Assembly (NCBI GenBank): GCA_035710475.1
Contig: DASTDG010000070.1
Span: forward strand, 1 to 32,111
Source: Chthoniobacterales bacterium
GTDB taxonomy: Bacteria > Verrucomicrobiota > Verrucomicrobiia > Chthoniobacterales > UBA10450
Direction of reading: 5' to 3'
DNA: 32,111 nucleotides
Part shown: one piece after another, positions 25,140 through 32,111 of the stretch
Numbering within the stretch: position 1 is the stretch's first letter
Layout: each line of letters opens with the position of its first letter
Translations under genes and position numbers: made by a program
The notes under the pieces: generated by a model
What the model was told of the DNA's origin: nothing
Seen by the model: the letters and a program-made list of their open reading frames with translations, nothing else
Databases searched by the model: none

Positions 25140-26456
25140 ATGACAACCGAAGCGCAACAAACATTAGCTAAGCCGGCGGGGTTTAGCGGCACGTCGCTAC
25201 ACACGGGCGAGAAGGTCGCGCTAAAACTTCAGCCGGCGCCGGTCGATCACGGGATCAAGTTCAAGCGCAAAGATCTCGCGGAAGAACCGCTCATCGACGC
25301 GAAAATCGACAATCTGAAAACGGTCGAGCGCGCTACCACAATCGGGGAAGGCGCAGTACGGGTGCACACGGTCGAACACGTGCTCGCTGCGCTGTCCGGG
25401 ATGGGCATCGACAACGCGATCATCGAGATGGATTCAAATGAGCCGCCGATCGGTGATGGCAGCGCGCAGCCATATGTCGATGTAATCAAAAGAGCCGGCA
25501 TTACCTCACAGGATGCGCCGCGCAAATTTTTCGAATCGCGCGAGCCGGTGCACATCGAATCGAAAACCGGCGCGCTGCTTGTTCTTCTGCCCGATGAAAA
25601 ATTCCGCGTATCCTGCACCCAGGCCGGCCCGAACAACCGGTTCACCCAATTTCTGTCGATGGAAATAACGCCGGCTCTGTTCGAACGCGAGATCGCGCCC
25701 GCGCGCACCTTTGTTTACTACGAGGACGTTCGTGCTTTGATGGACAAAAACCTGATCAAAGGCGGCAGCCTCGAGAACGCTATTGTCATCCGCGACAACG
25801 CCGTTCTCGGCAAAGAGCCGCTCCGTTTTGAGGACGAATTCGTTAGGCACAAAATACTCGACATAGTTGGCGATCTCGCGCTCCTCGGGCGGCGTGTCCG
25901 CGGTCATCTCATTGCGGTCAAGCCCGGTCATGCGGTCAATGCCGACCTGGCCCGCGTACTCGCGCGCGAGCAGGCGCGTCGCAGTGAGATGGAAGTGCCC
26001 CGCGCGATGCCGCGCGGCGATGGCGGACTTGGCACAGACGAAATCATGCAGGTATTGCCGCACCGCTATCCGTTCTTGATGGTCGATCGGGTGGTCGAGT
26101 TTCAGGGCGACAACAAGATTACCGGCGTCAAATCGGTCTCAATCAACGAGCCGTTTTTCCAGGGACATTTTCCCGGTCACCCCGTCATGCCGGGGGTGTT
26201 GCTGGTGGAAGCGATGGCGCAGGTCGCCAGCATTCTATTGTTCAAACTCGCAAAAACCTCGAGTCGCATTGGCTACTTCATGAGTGCCGACGGAATCAAA
26301 TTTCGCAAGCCGGTGTTTCCGGGTGACACCATTTTCATTCACGCCGAGTTGACCAAAGCGCGCGGGAACCGCCTCGCGAAAGCGAAGTGTCAGTGTGTCG
26401 TGAACGACGCCGTCGTTTCGGAAGGCGAACTGATGTTCACCTTTCTCGAGCGATGA
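25140..26456 (+). CDS. lpxC/fabZ: Bifunctional UDP-3-O-acyl-N-acetylglucosamine deacetylase / 3-hydroxyacyl-ACP dehydratase (LpxC-FabZ fusion)
   Basis: 438-aa ORF. The LpxC part contains GTSLHTGEKV, TVEHVLAAL and HKILDIVGDLALLG. The FabZ part contains LPHRYPFLMVDRVVEF and FFQGHFPGHPVMPGVLLVEAMAQ. Confidence 0.95.
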   Translation: MTTEAQQTLAKPAGFSGTSLHTGEKVALKLQPAPVDHGIKFKRKDLAEEPLIDAKIDNLKTVERATTIGEGAVRVHTVEHVLAALSGMGIDNAIIEMDSNEPPIGDGSAQPYVDVIKRAGITSQDAPRKFFESREPVHIESKTGALLVLLPDEKFRVSCTQAGPNNRFTQFLSMEITPALFEREIAPARTFVYYEDVRALMDKNLIKGGSLENAIVIRDNAVLGKEPLRFEDEFVRHKILDIVGDLALLGRRVRGHLIAVKPGHAVNADLARVLAREQARRSEMEVPRAMPRGDGGLGTDEIMQVLPHRYPFLMVDRVVEFQGDNKITGVKSVSINEPFFQGHFPGHPVMPGVLLVEAMAQVASILLFKLAKTSSRIGYFMSADGIKFRKPVFPGDTIFIHAELTKARGNRLAKAKCQCVVNDAVVSEGELMFTFLER

Positions 26457-27640
26457 GTCTGAGGCTTTGGCTGCTACTGCTGCTGGTGATAACAATTGCA
26501 GTCCGCACGCCGACAATGTTCGGTGTCAAGCGCACTGGCTGGGATGAGCGCGCTTATGTCGTGTTCGCGCAAACACTCGATAAGGTCGGTGTCTCCGGCA
26601 TTCGGCAGTGGCTGCACGAGTATCCGATAAACGAACAGTTGCAGAAATCTCCGCTGTTCCTCCGGGTCGGATTCATCGTTCCGGCAATGCTGACGTGCAA
26701 ACTCCTGGGCGACTTCAATGCCGATAACCTCGCGTGGCTCTCGTTTTGTTGCGGCGTGGCTGTTATTCTCCTCGGCGCCCGCTTTGCCGACGATCTCGGT
26801 GGCCGCAAGATGTCGATCTTATGCGGAATTCTCCTCGTTAGTTCGCCGCTTGCGACCGCACTTTCCCGCCGCGGCACGCAGGATAGCTTTGCTGCCCTGC
26901 TAACGCTGGCATGTCTCTACTTGTTCGACCGATGCTGGCGGCGCCGCTCAGTCCTCGACCTGATCGGCCTCGCCTTTTGCCTTTGCCTCGCTTTCCTGAC
27001 GAAGGAGACGACGCTGCTGCTCTATCCACTTATGGGCATCGCCGCGGCCTACTATTTTCGCGCAATGGAGTTGCGCGCTTCGCCGTGGCTGCTCGTGCCC
27101 TTGATTACGGCGCCAATCGTTTACTTCATGGTTGAAATCGGCATCTGCGGCGGCATTGGGAACTTCATCGGGACATATCGCCTGTATGCGTCGGTCCAAC
27201 AGACTCTCGACTACACGGTGCATTACGAAAAGGGCCCATGGTTTCGTTATCTGCTGGATTTCCTGGCTATCGCGCCACTGAGCTTCATCGCAGCAATCGT
27301 CGGCTTCTCTGTTCCGCACAACGCTGCGCTTCGGCACGGGCGAAATCTTGCTCTCATTTATTTCGCCGGTGCCGTGCTTCTCTTCGGCCAAATGCCGATT
27401 GTCAATGTGCGGCTTCTCCTTTTCGCCGACATGTTCCTCCGATTCGCAGCGGCAGCAGGGATCACATACCTGGCGACGAAAATCGCATCAGCGTGGTCGG
27501 CTCGCGTCTTATATCTTGGAATTGCTTTTGTCGTGATGACTGACGCGTTTCAGTTCTACCGCGTCTTCGTTGCCGGCAATGTCTACAGTCCGACGACATT
27601 TTTACTGCTGCGCGCGGAAGGCTTTTATCAAGTACAGTAA
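26453..27640 (+). CDS. Polytopic membrane protein, GT-C fold (ArnT/PMT_2-like) glycosyltransferase candidate lacking a large periplasmic C-terminal domain
   Basis: ATG 26453 overlaps the lpxC/fabZ TGA (ATGA). The protein is 395 aa and hydrophobic throughout. It has the first-loop acidic motif KRTGWDERAYVVFAQ, then SRRGTQDSF, FLTKETTLLLYP and HYEKGPWFRYLLDFL, which are reminiscent of ArnT-like GT-C enzymes. The track start at 26387 is an out-of-context extension inside lpxC/fabZ. Confidence 0.6.
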   Translation: MSLRLWLLLLLVITIAVRTPTMFGVKRTGWDERAYVVFAQTLDKVGVSGIRQWLHEYPINEQLQKSPLFLRVGFIVPAMLTCKLLGDFNADNLAWLSFCCGVAVILLGARFADDLGGRKMSILCGILLVSSPLATALSRRGTQDSFAALLTLACLYLFDRCWRRRSVLDLIGLAFCLCLAFLTKETTLLLYPLMGIAAAYYFRAMELRASPWLLVPLITAPIVYFMVEIGICGGIGNFIGTYRLYASVQQTLDYTVHYEKGPWFRYLLDFLAIAPLSFIAAIVGFSVPHNAALRHGRNLALIYFAGAVLLFGQMPIVNVRLLLFADMFLRFAAAAGITYLATKIASAWSARVLYLGIAFVVMTDAFQFYRVFVAGNVYSPTTFLLLRAEGFYQVQ

Positions 27641-27666
27641 ATTATCCGACAAGCAGACCCCAAACT

Positions 27667-28446
27667 ATGACCGATGTGCAGATTCATGCGACGGCGATTG
27701 TCGATGTGACGGCCGAGCTCGGCACGGGCACCGTCGTTGGTCCATATTGCGTCATCGGCGCGAACGTGGTGCTCGGGCCAGAGTGCTGGCTGCAGCATCA
27801 AGTCACGCTTATTGGCCCGATGCGCGCCGGCAGCGGAAACAAGTTCTATGCTTATTGCTCGATCGGCCAGCAGACACAGGACCTGAAATACGCGGGTGAG
27901 CCGACGTATTTAGAGATTGGTGACGAGAACACGTTTCGCGAGTTCGTCACCGTGAATCGCAGCACGACGAGCGAAGGCAAAACGCGCATCGGCAGCGGCG
28001 GGAATTTTCTTGCTTACAGTCACATTGGTCACGATTGCGTAGTGGGTGACGGCGTCGTGTTCTCAAACAACGGAACGCTCGCTGGTCACGTCGAGATAGG
28101 TGATCACGCAGTCATGGGTGGTCTCACGGCAGTGCATCAATTTTGCCGGATCGGGCGATTCGCTATCACGGGCGGCTGCTCAAAGATCGTGCAGGATGTG
28201 CCGCCGTTTATGATTGCCGACGGTAATCCGGCGAAGATTCGCGGTGTGAACCTCGTCGGCTTAGAGCGAAAAAATTATGCGCCTGAAGCCGTGAAGGTGA
28301 TCAAGGAGGCGTTTCGCCTGATCTACCGTTCAAAGTACAACACACAGCAGGCAATCGAGGCCATCCGCAATGAACTGCCGGCGAGCCAAGAAGTTCAGCA
28401 GATCATCGAGTTCATTCAGACCACTCAGCGCGGGATCATCCGCTAA
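27667..28446 (+). CDS. lpxA: Acyl-ACP--UDP-N-acetylglucosamine O-acyltransferase
   Basis: 259-aa ORF with left-handed beta-helix hexapeptide repeats (IHATAIVDVTAELGTGTVVGPYCVIGANVVLG...) and an LpxA C-terminal helical domain (GLERKNYAPEAVKVIKEAFRLIYRS). Confidence 0.95.
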   Translation: MTDVQIHATAIVDVTAELGTGTVVGPYCVIGANVVLGPECWLQHQVTLIGPMRAGSGNKFYAYCSIGQQTQDLKYAGEPTYLEIGDENTFREFVTVNRSTTSEGKTRIGSGGNFLAYSHIGHDCVVGDGVVFSNNGTLAGHVEIGDHAVMGGLTAVHQFCRIGRFAITGGCSKIVQDVPPFMIADGNPAKIRGVNLVGLERKNYAPEAVKVIKEAFRLIYRSKYNTQQAIEAIRNELPASQEVQQIIEFIQTTQRGIIR

Positions 28447-28455
28447 AACTCGAGT

Positions 28456-28480
28456 TGTCATCCTGAGTGCCATCGAAACC
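28456..28480 (+). repeat. Solo degenerate copy of the TGTCAT-type repeat end (TGTCATCCTGAGTGCCATCGAAACC)
   Basis: It sits in the 36-nt convergent spacer after lpxA. Its first 16 nt match the left end of the 21906 element at 13 of 16 positions (TGTCATCC-GAG-T-GCC). Confidence 0.4.
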
Positions 28481-28482
28481 GA

Positions 28483-30018
28483 CTATTTCGCCGCCGCAAG
28501 CTCTGCCTCCATTTTCCGCAGGAGTGGCGCGGCCGGCGCATCCGGGGCGTTTCGCAAAGCGGTGCGCACCAGTTCCAGCGCGCGCTTGGGACTGTTCTGC
28601 TTCCTCCACGCATCGACTTCTTCCATCGTGACGCGCAGGAGATCGTCGCGGGCACGATAACAGCGTCGCGCCTGTGGAAAATGTGCGGTCGCTGCCGAGA
28701 AATCTCCTTGGGCCGCTTCGATTGCCGCTAAATCTTCCAGCATAGGACAATTCCGCTCCGCTGATGCGGTTTGCCACGCCAGCGAACGGAATTCAGATGG
28801 AGGACGGGCCGCATTTTTGACCGCGAATTCGTGGTAGCGCTTCCACTGCGTGTCGGCCGTGGTTGACTCAAGTTGCAGCCACGACGCGAACGGCCGGTAA
28901 AGCGGGTCGCCCACCATCACCGTCATCCAGGAAAGCACGCGCACGGCCATGTAGGCGCTCTCGGCAAAAGTGAAGCCGTGCAGCAGCCGGTCGTTAAAGA
29001 TGTCGAGGTGCGGTGTCAGTTGGAGGTATGGCTCGTAAACGTTGCCGATGCTTGCGGCCGCGCCTTTTGCGATTAATGGCGCAACCCAATTCGCGTTCGC
29101 ATCGCGCAGCGTGGCGGCGCTGAACGAATGGATATGAACAGCGATCGCGCCCGGTAAAAAATGGAAATCAGGCCGCGCGAACGGTCCTGACACGTTGCCG
29201 TTGTACCAGCCGTAATACAACGCCGCATCCGTTATCGGAAAGCCGTTGGGAAAAGTTTCCGGCTTATCATCGTAAATGACCGGAACTCCAACATTATGCA
29301 GCTGATCAGCAATCGAGCGGAGCCATTCGTCGCCCATCGCGAAGTCGCCGGTTGTGTTGTGGGCACCATCGACGTAAGCGCGCCCCCACAGTCCGCTTTT
29401 CTCTGTCGCAATGGCGTCGGTGATCATGCGCCGCACGACATCTGGACTAGGTCCATCAAGTCGGCAGACGAGGAGTAACACCGCGTTGTCGAAGTCGCCG
29501 ATTGCGCGGAAATTTTGGAAATAGGGATTCGATCGCTCGCCAGAGATTTGCCGCGAGGAGAGGCCAAGCACCGCGAGCTCGGAGTCGACCGAAGCTTCGT
29601 TGCGATTGGCGATGGGCGGCTGGCCCGGCACATCGCCGGGGTAATTGGTCGTGGCCCGAACCTTTAGCGGAACACCTTTAATGACAGCGACGAAGCGGAT
29701 TGATGTGGCAGTGATCGTTGCGTTTTCGCCGGGCGATCCGCGCAGGATCCACCAATTGCGCGTCTTAAAAATCTCGCGCAGCGGATTCGCGATCGTCCTG
29801 TCGTACTCATCGCGACTAATCTCTTCCTCTTGCGGACAATCGAGGCCGACGAGATGATCGCGTGGAATGCCACGCTGGTCGGCGTAAAACTTCGCCAACT
29901 GGACCGAATCAGGAACGTTTTTGTTATAAAGCACGATCGTTGATTCGGCGAGCGATTGCTCGGCCCGTGCATCGGGCACGATGATGAGCATGAGCAGTAA
30001 GCAACATCGCCTTTTCAT
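28483..30018 (-). CDS. Secreted protein of unknown function (resembles the uncharacterised TIGR03790 family from memory) with C-terminal helical/TPR-like tail
   Basis: 511-aa ORF with a signal peptide (MKRRCCLLLMLIIVPDARA). The conserved-looking core contains IVLYNKNVPDSVQLAKFYADQRGIP, LLLVCRLDGP, YYGWYNG, AVHIHSFSA and GNVYEPYL..., and GDPLYRPF. Its ATG directly abuts the MBL gene stop (TAGATG). Confidence 0.55.
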   Translation of the reverse strand: MKRRCCLLLMLIIVPDARAEQSLAESTIVLYNKNVPDSVQLAKFYADQRGIPRDHLVGLDCPQEEEISRDEYDRTIANPLREIFKTRNWWILRGSPGENATITATSIRFVAVIKGVPLKVRATTNYPGDVPGQPPIANRNEASVDSELAVLGLSSRQISGERSNPYFQNFRAIGDFDNAVLLLVCRLDGPSPDVVRRMITDAIATEKSGLWGRAYVDGAHNTTGDFAMGDEWLRSIADQLHNVGVPVIYDDKPETFPNGFPITDAALYYGWYNGNVSGPFARPDFHFLPGAIAVHIHSFSAATLRDANANWVAPLIAKGAAASIGNVYEPYLQLTPHLDIFNDRLLHGFTFAESAYMAVRVLSWMTVMVGDPLYRPFASWLQLESTTADTQWKRYHEFAVKNAARPPSEFRSLAWQTASAERNCPMLEDLAAIEAAQGDFSAATAHFPQARRCYRARDDLLRVTMEEVDAWRKQNSPKRALELVRTALRNAPDAPAAPLLRKMEAELAAAK

Positions 30019-30852
30019 CTAGAAGCGAAGCTTGAGCCCGTCATAGGCGATGGAGGTATTCACCGGCAGCCAGGCCTCGTCGGATTGCGGTAATTCGTGG
30101 CAGATATGTGTAAAGTACGTCGCGCCGGGTCTGACGTGCGAAGCCACTTCCAAGGCCTGTCCAACACTGAGGTGCGTTGGGTGGGGTTTGTCGCGCAATG
30201 CATCGATGATCAGCGCGCTCACGCCGGATACAAGGTCGACAATTGCGTCTGGAACACGGCTGCAATCGCTTAAGTAGGCAACGAGCTTTTCGCCACCGCG
30301 CGAGAAGAGATAGCCATTGATCGTCGAGTCGCCGTGCGGCACTGGCAGCGGGGTAACCAGCGTGCCGCCAAGCTTAAAGGGCCCATCGATAACGTATGGC
30401 TCCGGCTTGAGATAACCCGGGATCGAGTAGGTGCCTTTGAATGCAAATTCGAATACCCGCTCGAGGTCGCGCATCGTTTCTGGCGAGGCGTAGACCGGCA
30501 TCGAGCCGCGCGCGTAGGAGAACCGCCGCAGATCATCAAATCCCATGATGTGATCGGTGTGCGAATGCGTGAAGATCACCGCGTCGACTCGGCGGATGTT
30601 TTCGCGCAGTGCTTGAGTGCGGAAATCCGTCCCGGTGTCGACCACGAACGCGGATTCCGGCGTCTCGACATAAATCGACGAGCGCGTCCGCTGATCGCGC
30701 GGATCGGAAGATCGGCATACGTCGCAGTCGCAGCCAATCATCGGCACGCCTTGTGAGGTGCCGGTTCCCAGAAATGTGAGTGTCAGTTGAGAGCCTTGCT
30801 CGCGCAGCCTTTCGGAGTTGAGGGTTGAGAGTGGCGTTGGCAAGCTTCCCAA
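30019..30852 (-). CDS. MBL-fold metallo-hydrolase (PhnP/PqqB-like subgroup)
   Basis: LTFLGTGTSQGVPMIGCDCDVC...VVDTG...IFTHSHTDHIMGFDDLR shows the HxHxDH motif plus a Cys cluster. The TTG start at 30852 is uncertain, since there is no in-frame ATG before the conserved LTFLGTG N-terminus. Confidence 0.8.
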   Translation of the reverse strand: MGSLPTPLSTLNSERLREQGSQLTLTFLGTGTSQGVPMIGCDCDVCRSSDPRDQRTRSSIYVETPESAFVVDTGTDFRTQALRENIRRVDAVIFTHSHTDHIMGFDDLRRFSYARGSMPVYASPETMRDLERVFEFAFKGTYSIPGYLKPEPYVIDGPFKLGGTLVTPLPVPHGDSTINGYLFSRGGEKLVAYLSDCSRVPDAIVDLVSGVSALIIDALRDKPHPTHLSVGQALEVASHVRPGATYFTHICHELPQSDEAWLPVNTSIAYDGLKLRF

Positions 30853-30867
30853 GACCGGAACATTTAT

Positions 30868-30888
30868 CCCTCATCCTTCATCCCTCAA
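30868..30888. repeat. Three tandem pyrimidine-rich heptamers CCCTCAT-CCTTCAT-CCCTCAA
   Basis: It lies in the 44-nt divergent spacer between the MBL gene and recN, 8 nt upstream of the recN ATG. The complementary strand reads TTGAGGG-ATGAAGG-ATGAGGG. Confidence 0.6.
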
Positions 30889-30896
30889 CCTTTCGC

Positions 30897-32111
30897 ATGC
30901 CTGCCGTTCTCAATCTGCTGCGGATAAAAAATCTCGCCTTGGTCGAGGAGCTTCAATGGCAGATGCCGGCCGGCTTCATCGCGGTGACCGGCGAGACCGG
31001 CGCGGGCAAATCGATCATCATCGGCGCACTGCAGCTTTTGCTCGGCGAACGCGCCGACAAAACTCTCATCCGCACCGGCGCGGAAATGTGCACCGTCGAA
31101 GCCGTGTTCGCGGGAGACGGTGTGGACAAGTTGAATCTGCGCCTAATTGAATCGGGCATCGACCCGTGCGGCGACGAGTTGATTCTGAAACGCACATTGT
31201 CGACGAGCGGTGCGAACCGCCAGTTCATCAACGGCTCGCCCACCACACTATCGATCTTGAAACAGCTTGGTGATGAACTCGTCGATCTGCACGGGCCGCA
31301 CGACCACCAATCGTTGCTGTCGCCGGAGAAACAGTTGCAGTTACTCGATTCCTTCGCGCGCGCGCAGGAGCAACTTGATGAGTACCGGAAGCATTACCGG
31401 CAATTACAGACGCTTCTCGCCGAACACGCCGCGCTCAACACGGCCGAGACCGCGCGCGAACAGGAGCTCGATCTGCTGCGGCACCAAATCAGCGAGATTA
31501 CATCGGCCAACCTCGTCGCCGACGAAGAAGAAGAAATCGAGAACCGCTACAAACTGGCGAGTAACAGCAAACGTCTGATCGAACTTGCCAGCTCCGCCGC
31601 GAACAAATTGTCCGAAGCCGATGATTCCGTTCTCTCGCAGCTTGCCGACACGCAACGATTGCTGCGTGAGCTGGAAAAGATCGACAATTCCGTTGCGCAA
31701 TTCTCCGCGGCGCACGCCGCGAGCGTGGTCGAGCTGTTGGAAATTGCGCGTGCGCTGTCCAACTACGCCGAAAAGCTCGACTTGGATCCGGTGCAACTCG
31801 CCGCGCTCGAGCAGCGCGTGTCGCTCTTTGAAACTCTGAAGCGCAAGTACGGCGGCTCGATCGCCGATGTGATCGCGTTCGCCGAACGCGCCGCTGAGCG
31901 GATGCGTAAGATCGAGGGGCGCGACGAGGAGCTGGAGCGGTTGGCGAAGGAACTCGAGAACGTGCGTGCGCAGCTGAGTCGTGCCGGCGATGCGTTGCGC
32001 AAGTTACGATCCACGGCGGCGCCAAAGCTGTCCACGACGATTCGAAGTAATCTTGTCGATCTTGGATTTCGCCAAGCGGAGTTCGAAGCGAAACTCTTCG
32101 CGCTCGACGAG
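30897..32111 (+). CDS. recN: DNA repair protein RecN, N-terminal 405 codons; continues past the window end
   Basis: Absent from the ORF track because there is no stop in the window. My translation from ATG 30897 is open to 32111. It reads MPAVLNLLRIKNLALVEELQWQMPAGFIAVTGETGAGKSIIIGALQLLLGERAD... (Walker A), followed by ...ILKRTLSTSGANRQFINGSP... and a long coiled-coil. Confidence 0.93.
   Translation, partial: MPAVLNLLRIKNLALVEELQWQMPAGFIAVTGETGAGKSIIIGALQLLLGERADKTLIRTGAEMCTVEAVFAGDGVDKLNLRLIESGIDPCGDELILKRTLSTSGANRQFINGSPTTLSILKQLGDELVDLHGPHDHQSLLSPEKQLQLLDSFARAQEQLDEYRKHYRQLQTLLAEHAALNTAETAREQELDLLRHQISEITSANLVADEEEEIENRYKLASNSKRLIELASSAANKLSEADDSVLSQLADTQRLLRELEKIDNSVAQFSAAHAASVVELLEIARALSNYAEKLDLDPVQLAALEQRVSLFETLKRKYGGSIADVIAFAERAAERMRKIEGRDEELERLAKELENVRAQLSRAGDALRKLRSTAAPKLSTTIRSNLVDLGFRQAEFEAKLFALDE

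Noticed and set aside
28447-28456. 10-nt perfect palindrome AACTCGAGTT after lpxA as a terminator
   Set aside because: It has no loop and is too short to form a stable hairpin. It contains an XhoI-type site by chance.

Overview
This is a chromosomal, mostly housekeeping window from a moderately high-G+C, LPS-producing Gram-negative bacterium. A Verrucomicrobiota-like origin is my inference from the LpxC-FabZ fusion, the weak Shine-Dalgarno signals and the short repeat motifs; it is not verified.

Gene order:
- (-) RND efflux pump (truncated at the window start), MFP adaptor, MarR regulator, and an ArnT-like GT-C glycosyltransferase.
- (+) nusA-infB-rbfA-nrnA-truB-ribF translation and RNA-modification cluster, with three 4-nt overlaps.
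- (-) three-gene ECF sigma module.
- (-) aceB-aceA glyoxylate shunt.
- (+) tRNA-Gly(GCC) and a small, AT-richer GIY-YIG nuclease gene embedded in local repeats.
- (-) DAHP synthase and a VOC ring-cleaving dioxygenase.
- (+) prmA, a tandem-domain NDK-like protein, and an aspartate aminotransferase.
- (+) eda, a GH57 branching enzyme, and a secreted Ig-like hypothetical protein.
- (+) lpxC/fabZ fusion, a GT-C-like membrane protein, and lpxA.
- (-) MBL-fold hydrolase and a secreted protein of unknown function.
- (+) recN (truncated at the window end).

The two edge-truncated genes (RND permease, recN) are missing from the supplied ORF track. I found them by translating the sequence directly.

I see no CRISPR array, rRNA, transposase, integrase, phage gene or recognisable defence or toxin-antitoxin genes, and no clear-cut novel multi-gene system. 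The candidates most worth follow-up are:
- a GT-C membrane protein translationally coupled inside the lipid A operon;
- a two-domain NDK whose N-terminal domain looks catalytically dead;
- a zero-gap MBL hydrolase / secreted unknown-protein pair;
- an atypically ordered ECF module;
- a terminator-like, RBS-sequestering leader in front of nusA;
- several families of short dispersed, MITE-like repeats.
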